A stretch of DNA of 64,000 nt from an uncultured Gemmatimonadales bacterium (GTDB taxonomy: Bacteria; Gemmatimonadota; Gemmatimonadetes; Gemmatimonadales; GWC2-71-9). The stretch is taken from contig CAWHFW010000005.1 of the NCBI GenBank assembly GCA_963828735.1, positions 1,184,001-1,248,000 on the forward strand, given 5' to 3'. The position numbers and the translations under genes were made by a program. The notes under the pieces are model-generated. The model made no database searches. It was not told the origin of the DNA and worked only from the letters and a program-made list of their open reading frames with translations. Position 1 is the stretch's first letter; every line of letters starts with the position of its first letter. Below, piece after piece: positions 46,361 through 56,805 of the stretch.

Positions 46361-47128
46361 CTACCGAAGTCGGAACTCCGTGTGCCAGCCCAGTCCGGCG
46401 CCCTGCGAACCGGTGATGAGCGTCGGCGCCCTCAAACCGAAAATCCGCCACCGCCCCGACGCCACCTTGGCGGACGTGATGCCGACGAGCGCGCCCGCCG
46501 CCACGTCCGTGAACCAGTGGCGATTGTCGTTGATCCTGGACCAGCCCACCGCGGTCGCCAGCCCGTACAGACCGACGGTCGCCCAGGGCCGATGGATGTC
46601 ATCTGCCAGCGAGGTCGCCATCGCGAACGACATCGAGGTGTGGCCCGAGGGAAAGGAGGCCTGGCCGGAAAAAGGCACATACCCGTCGGCGTCGAGGCTG
46701 GACTCGGGCCGAGGACGCCCGAAGACGGTCTTGCCGGCCTCCGTCACGAGACCCGCGAGCACCAGGGAAAACCCGAGGTGTCTTCCGGCCAGCGAGATGT
46801 CCCGCTGGCCCGTGACGAGCCCCGTGGCCAGCAAGCCGAGGGTCACGGTTGCGTAGATCTCCGGCTGGCCAAAGTGCCTCACCGTTCCGGCCACCTCGTC
46901 CGCACCGGGGCCGCTGTTGTGGATGGCGTAGCGCTGGACCGGATGATCCAGGACCATCAGCGCCGATAGGCCGCCCACGGCCGCCAACACGTGCCACACC
47001 TTGACGTCGGGTTGCGACGAGATCGGTGTGGCGGTGGGCCGCTCGGGAAGGGAGTCGAGCGCCTGGGCCCGGACTGGCCCCGGCACCGCGGCCATCAGGC
47101 CGAGGAACAGCACCACCTTGCGAATCAT
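46361..47128 (-). CDS. PAP2 family phosphatase
   Basis: K..FGRPRP, SFPSGH, SRI...RHWFTDV. Confidence 0.9.
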   Translation of the reverse strand: MIRKVVLFLGLMAAVPGPVRAQALDSLPERPTATPISSQPDVKVWHVLAAVGGLSALMVLDHPVQRYAIHNSGPGADEVAGTVRHFGQPEIYATVTLGLLATGLVTGQRDISLAGRHLGFSLVLAGLVTEAGKTVFGRPRPESSLDADGYVPFSGQASFPSGHTSMSFAMATSLADDIHRPWATVGLYGLATAVGWSRINDNRHWFTDVAAGALVGITSAKVASGRWRIFGLRAPTLITGSQGAGLGWHTEFRLR

Positions 47129-47214
47129 GACACTCTCTGAGCGGGGTGTACCACGGCGCCCCGGGTATAGTTACCTTCGGACGACGCCATCCACGTTCTC
47201 GGCTGAGGATCCAG

Positions 47215-47577
47215 ATGAAGCGACGCTTGAGCCTGTGCCTGGCCGCGTTGGCCCTCATGTCCTGCCGCAGCTACGACTACCAGTCCAAGGTGACCAACCA
47301 GCACGGGTTGGTGCCGGCAGACCAGTTCGCCCGCTACGGCCACGATCAGGCAGAAGCCATTGCGATCGGGCGGGAATTCGGCCGGACGGGCCGGGCCGAT
47401 TCCGCGATGGCCTATGCGCGTACGCTCGGGGATGTGACCGACATTTCCGCGGACACGCTGGGCTACCGGATCACCGCGCTCTTCAAGAGCGGGTGGCGAA
47501 CCGGTATCGCTCCCATCGATGACGGCAAGCGCGGCGGCGAGACGCCGGGCTTGAGCAAGGCGCCGGCCAACCCGTAG
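47215..47577 (+). CDS. Hypothetical lipoprotein
   Basis: MKRR...LALMS|C lipobox; GAGGA SD. Confidence 0.7.
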   Translation: MKRRLSLCLAALALMSCRSYDYQSKVTNQHGLVPADQFARYGHDQAEAIAIGREFGRTGRADSAMAYARTLGDVTDISADTLGYRITALFKSGWRTGIAPIDDGKRGGETPGLSKAPANP

Positions 47578-47603
47578 CGCTCTCAATATACAGGGACACG
47601 CCG

Positions 47604-47936
47604 ATGTCGAGCGCGCCCGCCTGCTGTCAGGTCACCACCACTTTTCCGGACAAAATGGCCGCCGATCGTGCGGCCGGAGCGCTGGTCGAGGAACGCTGGG
47701 CCGCATGCGCCCAGGTCGCCGGTCCGGTCGAGAGCACGTACCGCTGGGAGGGTAAGGTCGAGCGGGCCTCGGAATGGTACTGCCATCTGAAAACGACGCT
47801 GGCCCGGGCGCCCGGACTGCGTCTCCGCCTCCGTCAGCTCCATCCGTACGACACACCCGAGATCATCGCCGTGCCGATGGTGGATGGCGACCCCGACTAC
47901 TTGCGCTGGATCGAAGCCTCCGTCGCCGAAGACTGA
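47604..47936 (+). CDS. cutA: Divalent-cation tolerance protein CutA
   Basis: AACAQ, STYRWEG, HPYDTPEII. Confidence 0.92.
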   Translation: MSSAPACCQVTTTFPDKMAADRAAGALVEERWAACAQVAGPVESTYRWEGKVERASEWYCHLKTTLARAPGLRLRLRQLHPYDTPEIIAVPMVDGDPDYLRWIEASVAED

Positions 47937-48967
47937 CCCCGGTCGCGGCCGACGCGCGCCAGCAACTCCGCGATCTCGTCCAGCCCAAGCACCAGCGTGG
48001 CGCCGCCCCGCTGGACGGCCGCGCGCGGCATGCCGTAGACCACGCAGCTGGATTCGCTCTCCGCGATCGTGATGCCGCCGCCCGCGCGGATGGCCACCAT
48101 CCCGTCGGCCCCGTCCTCGCCCATGCCGGTGAGCAGTACACCGACGACCTTGCCGGACCGGGAGCGGGCGGCGCTCCGCATCATCACATCGACGCTCGGG
48201 ATGTGCTTGGCGTCGCTGGGCTCCGGCGTGAGGACCACGGCGAGGTTCGGCGAGATCCGCACATGGCTCCCGGCCGGGGCGATCAGGGCCATGCCCGGCA
48301 CCAGTCGCATACCGTCCTCCGCCTCGGCCACCCGCACTCGGCTCAGTGACGCGAGCCGCTGCGCGAACGGACGGGTGAACCCGACCGGCATGTGCTGAAC
48401 GACGACGATCGGCATGGGGAAGCTCGCCGGCAGCCCCTGAAGGATCTGCTGGACCGCCGCGGGCCCGCCGGTCGAGGCGCCGATGACGCACAGATCAAAC
48501 CCCATCAGGTCCGGCGCCTCGGGAATCGGGGCTCGCGCCACGGATGATGTCTTCGAGACCCCGATGACCCGGGGAGTCGGCGCCACTGCCCGCATCCGGT
48601 CGACGACCTCCCGCCGCAGGTACTCCAGATCCATCACGTTGAACGTCGTCTTGTCGATGAAATCCACCGCGCCGGCCGCGAGCGCCGCCACGGTGGCGTC
48701 CGCGCCGTCGCGGGTGTGCGCCGAGATCATGAGGACCTTGAGCGACGGCTTCCATCGCAGCAGCGCGGGGAGCAGCTCAAGCCCGTCCATGCCGGGCATG
48801 GCCACGTCGAGCGTGACCAGGTCGGGATCGGCCGCCGCGACCCTGGCCAGCGCCTCGCTGCCGCTTGCCGCCTCGCCGACCACCCGGAACTCGGGCTCGA
48901 CGGCCAACACGCGCGTCAGCGCCCGCCGCACGAACGCCGAGTCGTCCACCAGAAATACCCGGATCAC
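47897..48967 (-). CDS. cheB: Chemotaxis response regulator methylesterase
   Basis: REC domain + GASTGGP, VQHMP, LTGMGEDG. Confidence 0.93.
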   Translation of the reverse strand: MIRVFLVDDSAFVRRALTRVLAVEPEFRVVGEAASGSEALARVAAADPDLVTLDVAMPGMDGLELLPALLRWKPSLKVLMISAHTRDGADATVAALAAGAVDFIDKTTFNVMDLEYLRREVVDRMRAVAPTPRVIGVSKTSSVARAPIPEAPDLMGFDLCVIGASTGGPAAVQQILQGLPASFPMPIVVVQHMPVGFTRPFAQRLASLSRVRVAEAEDGMRLVPGMALIAPAGSHVRISPNLAVVLTPEPSDAKHIPSVDVMMRSAARSRSGKVVGVLLTGMGEDGADGMVAIRAGGGITIAESESSCVVYGMPRAAVQRGGATLVLGLDEIAELLARVGRDRGQSSATEASIQRK

Positions 48968-49797
48968 GCGGCCTCCAGCTTTCGGTAGACCACCGCTCCG
49001 CCGACCATCGCGGGAGCGAAGGCGGTCTTTCGGTCGAGCAGCGATTCCGAGTGGCCGAGGAAGAGGTAGCCGCCGGGAAGGAGCGAGCGCGCGAAGAGAC
49101 CGATGACGCTCGCGAACGCCTGGTCGCTCACATAGATGAGAAGGTTGCGGCACAGGATCGCGTCATATACGGACCAGCCGAGCGCGCCGTTCGGCGCCAT
49201 GAGGTTGGCCTGGAAGCAGCGTACGCCCTTCCGGTACTTCTCTCGCAATCGGAAGGCGCCGCCCTCGGGAACGAAATACTTCCGCCGAGCGTCGGCGTCG
49301 CAGGTCCTGAGCGAGCTCTCGGGATAGAGCGCCTGCTGGGCGCGCGCGACGCGGTCGGCGTTGAGATCGCACGCGTCGATCTCCCACGTGACCCCCGCGA
49401 GCGCCAAGCCGGCATTGTGCAGCGCGATCGAGAGCGTGTACGGCTCCTCGCCGGACGAGCAGCCGGCCGAGAGAATCCGGAAGGGTCGTCCCTGCAGCGC
49501 CCCGCGGCGCTCGGGAATCACGTGGTTCACCAGGAGGTCGAACTGGTGGGTCTCCCGGAAGAAATAGGTCTCGTTGTTCGTGACCATCGCCGGCAGTCGG
49601 GCGAGCTCGCCATCGCGGTCCGGGTGAAACCGGAGGTACTGGTAGTAGTCGCGAACGGTGGTGAGGTGCAGCTCCCGCAGGCGCGGGCGCAGCTTCGACT
49701 CGAGGATTTCCAGCCGGATGCCCTGGAAGGTCAGGCCGAACCGCTCCTCGATCAGGTCGGTCAGGAGCTTGAGTTCGGCCTGATCGAACGGGGTCAC
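48964..49797 (-). CDS. cheR: Chemotaxis protein methyltransferase
   Basis: NNETYFFRE, SAGCSSGEEPY, CRNLLIY, LGHSE. Confidence 0.93.
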   Translation of the reverse strand: MTPFDQAELKLLTDLIEERFGLTFQGIRLEILESKLRPRLRELHLTTVRDYYQYLRFHPDRDGELARLPAMVTNNETYFFRETHQFDLLVNHVIPERRGALQGRPFRILSAGCSSGEEPYTLSIALHNAGLALAGVTWEIDACDLNADRVARAQQALYPESSLRTCDADARRKYFVPEGGAFRLREKYRKGVRCFQANLMAPNGALGWSVYDAILCRNLLIYVSDQAFASVIGLFARSLLPGGYLFLGHSESLLDRKTAFAPAMVGGAVVYRKLEAA

Positions 49798-51776
49798 GCC
49801 GAGATCCGAACGGCCTCGGGCTGCAACCGGTCGAGCGAGGCGCGCGCCGTGGCGGCGACGACCGGTTCCACGTCGCGCGCCAGTGCCAGGAGCACGTTCC
49901 GGGTCGCGGGCTTGGCCAGGCGGCCCAGGCCCCGGGCTACCTCGTTGCGGATGCCCCAATCGGCGTCGTCCGCGAGGGGAAGCAGCACGGCGAGCTCGCG
50001 CTCGTCGGCCACGTCAGCGAGCCCCTGCACGGCCATGCGTCGCATCTCCACCTCGGCGTCGCCCAGGCGCTCGCGGAGGAACTCGCCGATCCACGACGGA
50101 GCGATCCGGACGAGCGCCGCGACGATCTGGAGCTGCTCGTACGGGCCGCACTCCGGCAGGATGGAACGCAGCTTGGGCGCCGCGGCGGACGCGCGACAGT
50201 GTCCCAGCGCGCGAATGATGTGGAACCGGAGCGAGTCCGCCGTGCCGAGCATGGCGGCCAGCACCGCCACCGCCTGATCGCCGCCGCGCGCGACGAGCAG
50301 GTCGAGCGCTTCGACCTGGGTGGCCTGGTGGCGATCGGCCAGGGCACGGAGCAGCAGCACGTCGGTCCGCGAACCGGGCAGTCTGGCCGCGGCACGTAGG
50401 CCGGCTCGCCGAACGGCGGGACGGCGATCTTCGGCGAGGCGGAGGACGGCAGGCTCGAAGGCGGCGACCGGTCGGTTGGCCAGCACCTGAAGGGCGAGGG
50501 CCACCACCGCCTCGTCGGCCTCGGGCCGGAGGCAGCTCTCGAGCTCGCCCAGGGCGGCCCCCGAGAGGCGTCCGAGCGCCTGGGCGGCGGCCGCCTGTTC
50601 CACGGGCTCCCCACGGCGCAGCCGCTCGGCGAGGAACGGCGCGGTCGCGTCGAGCTCGAGGCAGCCCATGGCATAACAGGCCGCCGCTCGGACGTGCGGG
50701 TTGGGGTCCTCGAGGTGCTCGAACAGCGCCGACAGCTCCTCCTCCTCGAACCGGGCTGCGCGCAAGGCGCCGCTTCGCACGTCGGGGTTCGGATCGGCGA
50801 CGAGCCGCATCCGACGCGCGGCCAGGCCGGCGGGGAATCGGCGCAGGAGCCCCTCGAGCCACGAGGCCTCGGGATCGGTCGCCAGGCGCGCCAGGAGCAC
50901 CGGCTCGAGCGCTTCGAGCCCGGCCGCCGCGATGAGGGTGGCCGCCGCGCGCCGGAGACTCTCGCCCTCCTCGCCCTCGTCGTCCCCCGGGAGCGCGCCC
51001 AACACCTGGACGAGATAGGCGACGAGCGTCTCGGAGGCCGCCAGCTCGGGCCCGGCGCGCTCGAGCAGTGGCGCCGGATCGGGATGGAGATCGATCACCA
51101 CGCCCGCGGCCAGGAGCAGCGGATCCCGCAAGGCGCGCTCCTGGACGACCGGAAGCAGGCTGAGGAGCGGCTCCAGCGACTCGGGCGCCGCGATGCTCCG
51201 GAGCGCCTGGACGGCCGGCTCCGCCAGGACCGAATCGGGCACCAACGCCATCAGCGGCCGCACCGCCTCCGGAGCACCGATCGCGCCGAGGGCGTTGATG
51301 GCCGCGAGCTGCAGCCAGAGCCCGCCGTCCACCAGCTTGATGAGCGCGGGCACGGCCTCGCGCGTCCGCAGGTGCCCCACCGCCTCGATCGCGGCCTGGG
51401 CCACGTTCGGATCGTTGTGCTGCAGCAGCGGCAGGATCGAGCGACCGGCCGGCGGGTAGCCGACGCGCGCCAGGCTCTGGAGCGCGAACATGATCAGCTC
51501 GGGATCGGGGTCGCCGAGCATGACGGTGAGGTGAGGCACGGCGTAGGGGCCCTGGCGCTCGAGCGCGCTCAGCCCCGCGTTCCGGCGGACGGCGTTCTCG
51601 CCGTCGGCCACCATGGCGCCGAGTACTGCAGGCTCGACGTAGCGCGCCGCCAGGCGGATCGCGCGCTCCCGCACCGGCAGCTCGTCGTCCTCCAGGGCGA
51701 GCAGGATGGTGCGCTCGCGATCGGGCCCGCGCACCGCCTCGTCGAGCGCGGCAAGCCGTTCAGCCGGTGTCGTCAT
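49794..51776 (-). CDS. HEAT/PBS-lyase repeat protein
   Basis: Repeated D.....VR..A...LG helical units across 660 aa. Confidence 0.88.
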   Translation of the reverse strand: MTTPAERLAALDEAVRGPDRERTILLALEDDELPVRERAIRLAARYVEPAVLGAMVADGENAVRRNAGLSALERQGPYAVPHLTVMLGDPDPELIMFALQSLARVGYPPAGRSILPLLQHNDPNVAQAAIEAVGHLRTREAVPALIKLVDGGLWLQLAAINALGAIGAPEAVRPLMALVPDSVLAEPAVQALRSIAAPESLEPLLSLLPVVQERALRDPLLLAAGVVIDLHPDPAPLLERAGPELAASETLVAYLVQVLGALPGDDEGEEGESLRRAAATLIAAAGLEALEPVLLARLATDPEASWLEGLLRRFPAGLAARRMRLVADPNPDVRSGALRAARFEEEELSALFEHLEDPNPHVRAAACYAMGCLELDATAPFLAERLRRGEPVEQAAAAQALGRLSGAALGELESCLRPEADEAVVALALQVLANRPVAAFEPAVLRLAEDRRPAVRRAGLRAAARLPGSRTDVLLLRALADRHQATQVEALDLLVARGGDQAVAVLAAMLGTADSLRFHIIRALGHCRASAAAPKLRSILPECGPYEQLQIVAALVRIAPSWIGEFLRERLGDAEVEMRRMAVQGLADVADERELAVLLPLADDADWGIRNEVARGLGRLAKPATRNVLLALARDVEPVVAATARASLDRLQPEAVRISA

Positions 51777-51784
51777 CGAGGCCT

Positions 51785-53272
51785 TCAGACCTGGAACACG
51801 GCCACGCGCTGCCGCAGCGCGTCGGATTCGCCGGCGAGGCTCTTGGCCGCGCCAGTCATCTGCTCGACCGCCACCAGGTTCTGCCGCGAGACCACGGCGA
51901 TCGCCTCGACGGCTTTCACCACCATCTCGCCGCCCCTGCGCTGCTCGGCCACCGCCTCCGACATCTGGTGGGTGAGCTGGTTCATCTTCTGGGCGGCCGC
52001 GTTGATCTCCTGCGCGCCGGCAGCGTTCTCGGTGATGGAGCCCGAGATATGGCGCGCCAGCGTGGCCATCTCGGTCACGGTGCTGAGCACGGTCCGCGCA
52101 TCCGCGGCCTGCGCATCTGCGGCGCGCGCGGCATCGGCCACCAGCGCCGAGGTCTTGCCGATGGAGTCCACGATGCCGGTCAGCACCTGCCCCATCAGGG
52201 CCACGGCGTGGTGGGTGTCCTTCTGCACCGTCTCGATGACGGACCCGATCTCCTGGGTAGCCTGCACCGAGCGCTCGGCCAGGCGGCGCACCTCGTCAGC
52301 CACGACCGCGAAGCCCTTGCCCGCTTCGCCAGCGCGCGCCGCCTCGATGGCGGCGTTCAGCGCGAGGAGGTTGGTCTGGTCGGCGATACCCTCGATCACC
52401 TTCACGATCTTCCCGATCTCGTCGGAGCGCTCGCCGATCGAGCCGATGGCCTCCTGGAGCCGCTCCCCGTTCCGCCGCGAATCCTCGACCGACTGCTGGC
52501 TCACCTGATCTACCTGGTGGACCCGAGCCGCGATCGCGCCGACGTTCTCGATCATCGTGGTCAGCGTGCCCGTGGCGCGCTCCACGGCCCCGAGGAGGAC
52601 CTCGCCGTTCTGCGCGGTCTGCGCCAGTGTCGCGCTCATCTGCTGGATGGAGGCCGACGTCTGATCCACATTGGCCGCGAGGGCCTCGGCGCTCCGGGCG
52701 AGATGCTGCATCTGGGAGGCGATCTCGACCATGGTGGACGAAGTCTCCTCGGTCGAGCTGCTCTGCATCTCCGCGCCCTTCGCCATCTGGGTCGAGTTGG
52801 CGGAGATTTCCTCGGCCGACGTCGCCACGGTGCGCGAGGAGGCGGCGATTTGGATCGCGATGTCTCGGAGATTCTTCACCATCTGTCGCATCGAGTGCTC
52901 GACCCAGCCGATTTCATCCCGCGAGCGGCTGCGAATGTCGGCCGTCAGGTCGCCCTTGGACACCTGCTCGGCCAGGATACCGAGACTGGTGAGCGGATCG
53001 GCGATGAGCCGGGAGAGCAACAGAGCGAGCGCGAGCCCCAGGCCGATCGTGATCACCAGCAGCATGAGGATGGCGGTCTGGGAGTCGTTCACGATGCGTT
53101 CCGCGCCGGCGAAATCGCCGGCCGCGAGCCGGGTCATCTGGCTCAGACCGTGGAGGGCGCGCCAGCCGAGCAGTGCCGTGAGCGCCAGCACCACGCCGAA
53201 GCCGGTGAGGATCTTCCGTCGGATCGTCCAATCCTTGATGACCTGCGCAAAGCTCTGCATCGGAGCACCCAT
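51785..53272 (-). CDS. Methyl-accepting chemotaxis protein with very short extracytoplasmic loop
   Basis: Two TMs, [38 protein letters not shown]; start 53272 or 53260. Confidence 0.93.
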   Translation of the reverse strand: MGAPMQSFAQVIKDWTIRRKILTGFGVVLALTALLGWRALHGLSQMTRLAAGDFAGAERIVNDSQTAILMLLVITIGLGLALALLLSRLIADPLTSLGILAEQVSKGDLTADIRSRSRDEIGWVEHSMRQMVKNLRDIAIQIAASSRTVATSAEEISANSTQMAKGAEMQSSSTEETSSTMVEIASQMQHLARSAEALAANVDQTSASIQQMSATLAQTAQNGEVLLGAVERATGTLTTMIENVGAIAARVHQVDQVSQQSVEDSRRNGERLQEAIGSIGERSDEIGKIVKVIEGIADQTNLLALNAAIEAARAGEAGKGFAVVADEVRRLAERSVQATQEIGSVIETVQKDTHHAVALMGQVLTGIVDSIGKTSALVADAARAADAQAADARTVLSTVTEMATLARHISGSITENAAGAQEINAAAQKMNQLTHQMSEAVAEQRRGGEMVVKAVEAIAVVSRQNLVAVEQMTGAAKSLAGESDALRQRVAVFQV

Positions 53273-53280
53273 GGTGAGAG

Positions 53281-53802
53281 CTACTCGGTCGGCGCGAGCG
53301 CCTTCTCGAGATCGAGGAGAATGATCAGTCGGGACTGCCATCGGGCAACGCCGGTGACGTAGTCTCCCTCGCCGGAAAGGACTTCATCCGGCGCGGGCGC
53401 CACGCTCGCCTGCGGCACCTTGGTCACCTGCGACACCGCATCGACGAGGAGGCCCAGCACCCGGCCGCGGACTTCGACCACTACCACGCGCGCGCGTGGG
53501 GTGAGCTCGGCCGGTGCGAGCCCCAGACGCGAACGCAGCTCGACGACGGCGAGAATCCGCCCCCGCAGGTTGGCGACGCCCCGGACGTGGGCGGGCGCCT
53601 GGGGCACGCGGGTGATCTCCGACACACGGATCACCTCGCGGACCTGCGTGACCGGGATCCCGAACTCCTCGCGATCGAGCGCGAATGTGAGCAGGTGGAG
53701 CTCGGGTCCGGGCGCGGGCATCGCGTCCGCGGCGGCGCGCGCTTCCATGGTGTCGGCGAAGCCGAGCAGCCCGTCGGGCGCGCGCACGTTGTCAACCGGC
53801 AC
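53281..53802 (-). CDS. cheW: Chemotaxis coupling protein
   Basis: VREVI...TRVP, GVANLRG, GLLVDAV; AAGGAGG SD. Confidence 0.92.
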   Translation of the reverse strand: MPVDNVRAPDGLLGFADTMEARAAADAMPAPGPELHLLTFALDREEFGIPVTQVREVIRVSEITRVPQAPAHVRGVANLRGRILAVVELRSRLGLAPAELTPRARVVVVEVRGRVLGLLVDAVSQVTKVPQASVAPAPDEVLSGEGDYVTGVARWQSRLIILLDLEKALAPTE

Positions 53803-55453
53803 GTCGGCCTCCTTCGAGTATGCGGACCGTGTCGAGGATGCAGGCGACCCGTCCATCACCGAGAATCGTCGTGCCCGATACGACGTCCGGGCGACCGAGC
53901 TCGGGATCCAGGCCCTTGACCACCACGTCCTGGTGGCCGACGAGGCGGTCCACCATCAGGCCCCGTCGCTTGCCGCCCGCCGCCATGACGACGTAGAACC
54001 GGCGAGGCGCGAGGCGCCCGCCACCCGTGCCGAGCACCGTGCCGCCATCGGCCACGTGGATCAGGTCGCCGCGCCACTGGGCCACGCCGCGCTGGTTGAT
54101 CTGGCGGATCGCCTCGGGCTCGGCGCGGACCGTCTCCGCCACGTGCGCGAGCGGCAGCGCGTAGCGCTCCTGGTCGATCTCGACGATGAGCGAGCGGACG
54201 ATCGCGAGCGTCACCGGCAGGCTCAGCGTGAACGCCGTCCCTTGCCCGACGGCGGTCTCGACATCGATCGTGCCGCCCAGCGCGTGGATCGCGCCGGCTA
54301 CGACGTCGAGACCGACGCCGCGGCCCGCAAGCGTCGAGACGCGTTCGGCCGTCGAGAGCCCCGGCAGGAAGATCAGGTTGCGGAGCGGGATGCTCTCGTC
54401 GTTGCGCGCGTCCTGACCCAGTGCCTCCGCCTTCTTCCGGATCGCCTTCTCGTCGAGGCCGCGGCCGTCGTCGGAGACGCGGATGACCACCCGGCCCGCC
54501 TGAGGCGCGGCCTCCAGCCGTACGGTGCCCTCCTCGGGCTTCCCGGTCCGGCGGCGGACGTCCGCCGACTCGAAGCCGTGGACGATCGCGTTGGTGACGA
54601 GATGCACGAGCGGCTCGCTGAGCCGGTCGAGCACCGCCTTGTCGAGTGGTGTCTCGCCTCCCGCCTGCACCAACCGCACGCGCTTGCCCTCGGCCTCCGC
54701 CGTGTCGCGGACCATCCTCGGGAAGCGGCCGAACACGGTCGAGATCGGCAGGAGCCGGGTTTCCATGAGCGTCGACTCGAGGCGCTTGAGCGTCTTCTGC
54801 AGCGCGACCACGGCCTGGTCCAGCCGGTCCAGCTCGACGCTCGCGGCGCTGCGCCGCGCGATCTCGCGGTACGCCTCGGCCAGGGCGGCGTGCTGAATGA
54901 GTCCTTCACCCAAGACCTCGAGCATCGCGTCGAGACGGCGGAAATCCACCCGCACCACGCTGGCGGCCTTGCCCGGCTCCGCCCCGCCCTCCGCCCCGCG
55001 CCGCTCCGACCGTCGGCGCTCCGGCTGCGTGTCCGAAGCCGGAGCCACGCTCGAGCCCAGCCATTGGCGCACACGCTCGACGTACCGGTCGGCGGGGGCG
55101 GGATCGAGCGTGGGCGACGCCTGGCGAACCAGATCCGCGAGGAGTCCGGCCCCGGCGATGAGCAGCGCCGCCGCGGCGTCGTTGCGCCGCTCCGGCTGCT
55201 GCCGGAGCAGCCCGCAGGCGTCCTCGAGCGCGTGGGCGACGTCGCGCATCGGCGCCAGGCCCATCATCGCGGAGTTGCCCTTCACCGTGTGCAGGCGTCC
55301 GGGTAACGAAGCGAGCACCTCGTCCGCCGCGTCGTTCGCACGCCAGCGCCGCTCGAGCTCGACGAACGCGTCCGCCACCTGCTCGGCCAGCGGCAGACAC
55401 TCGAGGACGTAGTCCTGAAGCAGCTCCCCGAAGGGATTCTCGTCCCCGCTCAC
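53792..55453 (-). CDS. cheA: Chemotaxis histidine kinase (no obvious P2 domain)
   Basis: HTVKGNS HPt, HLVTNAIVHG, DDGRGLD, GRGVGLDVV, C-terminal CheW-like domain. Confidence 0.93.
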   Translation of the reverse strand: MSGDENPFGELLQDYVLECLPLAEQVADAFVELERRWRANDAADEVLASLPGRLHTVKGNSAMMGLAPMRDVAHALEDACGLLRQQPERRNDAAAALLIAGAGLLADLVRQASPTLDPAPADRYVERVRQWLGSSVAPASDTQPERRRSERRGAEGGAEPGKAASVVRVDFRRLDAMLEVLGEGLIQHAALAEAYREIARRSAASVELDRLDQAVVALQKTLKRLESTLMETRLLPISTVFGRFPRMVRDTAEAEGKRVRLVQAGGETPLDKAVLDRLSEPLVHLVTNAIVHGFESADVRRRTGKPEEGTVRLEAAPQAGRVVIRVSDDGRGLDEKAIRKKAEALGQDARNDESIPLRNLIFLPGLSTAERVSTLAGRGVGLDVVAGAIHALGGTIDVETAVGQGTAFTLSLPVTLAIVRSLIVEIDQERYALPLAHVAETVRAEPEAIRQINQRGVAQWRGDLIHVADGGTVLGTGGGRLAPRRFYVVMAAGGKRRGLMVDRLVGHQDVVVKGLDPELGRPDVVSGTTILGDGRVACILDTVRILEGGRRAG

Positions 55454-55454
55454 G

Positions 55455-55850
55455 TCAGGAGCTCGTCGCCGCCTCGGCGACTGCGCGGCTCACCAATCGC
55501 TCCACATCGGCCGGCTGAAATGGCTTTCGGAGGTATTCCCACGCACCGGCGTTTCTGCCGCGCGCCTCGTCTTCCGCCGTCCCTTCCGTGGTCACCAGGA
55601 CGATCGGGATGTGAGGATGGAGTCCTTCCGCCCGCCGACGTTCGAGCACTTCCAGTCCGTTCATCTCCGGCATGTTCAGGTCGAGCAGCACCAGGGTCAG
55701 CTCGGGGTGCGCCGCGAGGAGACCGTAGCCTTCGCGGCCGTTGGTCGCGAAGTACACCGTGCTTCCCACGAGCGAGCCGCGCGAGAAGATGAGGCGGTAC
55801 ATCTGATGATGCAGTTTCGAGTCGTCGATCACGAGAAAGGTGTGTCGCAT
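55455..55850 (-). CDS. CheY-like response regulator
   Basis: VIDDS, LDLNMPEMNG, VTT, KPF. Confidence 0.88.
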   Translation of the reverse strand: MRHTFLVIDDSKLHHQMYRLIFSRGSLVGSTVYFATNGREGYGLLAAHPELTLVLLDLNMPEMNGLEVLERRRAEGLHPHIPIVLVTTEGTAEDEARGRNAGAWEYLRKPFQPADVERLVSRAVAEAATSS

Positions 55851-55853
55851 GGG

Positions 55854-56234
55854 TCACCCGGTCGGAGGGTCCACGATCTGCTCGACGACGAGCCGCAGCT
55901 TCTGCGGCGTCCACGGCTTCTTCACCACGGCAGCCACGCCCAGCTCGGTGGCCTCCCGCATCAGAAGGGAATCATCCGCCTCGGCCGTCGTGAGCACGAC
56001 CGGCGTGCGTCGGTGCACCGGTAGCTGCCGGAGGGCCCGGATGAACTCGGCCCCATTCATGTCCGGCATCCGCAGGTCGAGCAGCACCGCATCGAATGGG
56101 GCGCGGGCGCTCGCGAGCACTTGGATCGCCTCGCGGCCGTTTTCCGCCTGCCCCAGTTCGTGGAACTGCTGGGGGAAGGCGAGGCCGAACATCTTCCGGA
56201 GTAGGGAAGAGTCCTCCACGACGAGAAGTCTCAT
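55854..56234 (-). CDS. CheY-like response regulator
   Basis: VVEDS, LDLRMPDMNG, LTT, KPW. Confidence 0.88.
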   Translation of the reverse strand: MRLLVVEDSSLLRKMFGLAFPQQFHELGQAENGREAIQVLASARAPFDAVLLDLRMPDMNGAEFIRALRQLPVHRRTPVVLTTAEADDSLLMREATELGVAAVVKKPWTPQKLRLVVEQIVDPPTG

Positions 56235-56495
56235 CAGCCTCTATCCGAGTGGGCGCAGCGATGTCCGGGGGTGCAACGGCGAGTGCAAGAGACAGACCTG
56301 CTTTGGTGCAGGCCCGTAAGTCACGTTGGGACAAGGAGATGAAGAAACGGATGGCGCCTGGAAGAGAACAGCTGGGTCCGCCTTGTTCCATCTTCGCGGC
56401 CAACTGCAACGACTGGCGCACGATGGTCCGGACCGGATTGGCCACGACGCCAACGGCGCGCTCCGGTGGGACGGCTCCGGTGGGACTGAAGGATT

Positions 56496-56723
56496 CTACC
56501 GGCTCGAAAGACGGGCGAGCACCGCAGGCCGCAGCCCCGCGGGGACAGGGCAAGGGTGGTTGAGGCTACGGACGACCAGCATGAGGAAGGCGCGGTCGCA
56601 ACGGCAGCGTGGGAGGCAGTGGGGACAGCCTGCCAGATGATGATCGATGGCCGCGACCTCTTTCGCCGCAAGCTCGCCGTCCAGATATTCCCAGAGTCGT
56701 TCGATGACCTCGGGACACTCCAT
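56496..56723 (-). CDS. zf-HC2 (ZAS) anti-sigma-like protein, orphan
   Basis: MEC...LWEYLDGEL...HLAGCPHC; GGAGGA SD. Confidence 0.8.
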   Translation of the reverse strand: MECPEVIERLWEYLDGELAAKEVAAIDHHLAGCPHCLPRCRCDRAFLMLVVRSLNHPCPVPAGLRPAVLARLSSR

Positions 56724-56805
56724 TCGCAATCCTCCATCAAGGTGCCGGCCGACTCCCGTGGCCACGCCCTCGTGAACAGCGCATCACCGCCGGAGGTTCC
56801 TCCGC

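Noticed and set aside
47897..47936. 40-bp convergent overlap of cheB and cutA as antisense regulation
   Set aside because: Short tail overlaps are common in compact GC-rich genomes; no further support.
56268..56292. Possible sigma54 promoter for the che operon (minus strand TTGCACTCGCCGTTGCA)
   Set aside because: Lacks the invariant GG and the spacing is off by one.
56460..56486. Direct repeat GCTCCGGTGGGAC x2
   Set aside because: Only two units with a 1-nt spacer; not CRISPR-like and no function can be supported.
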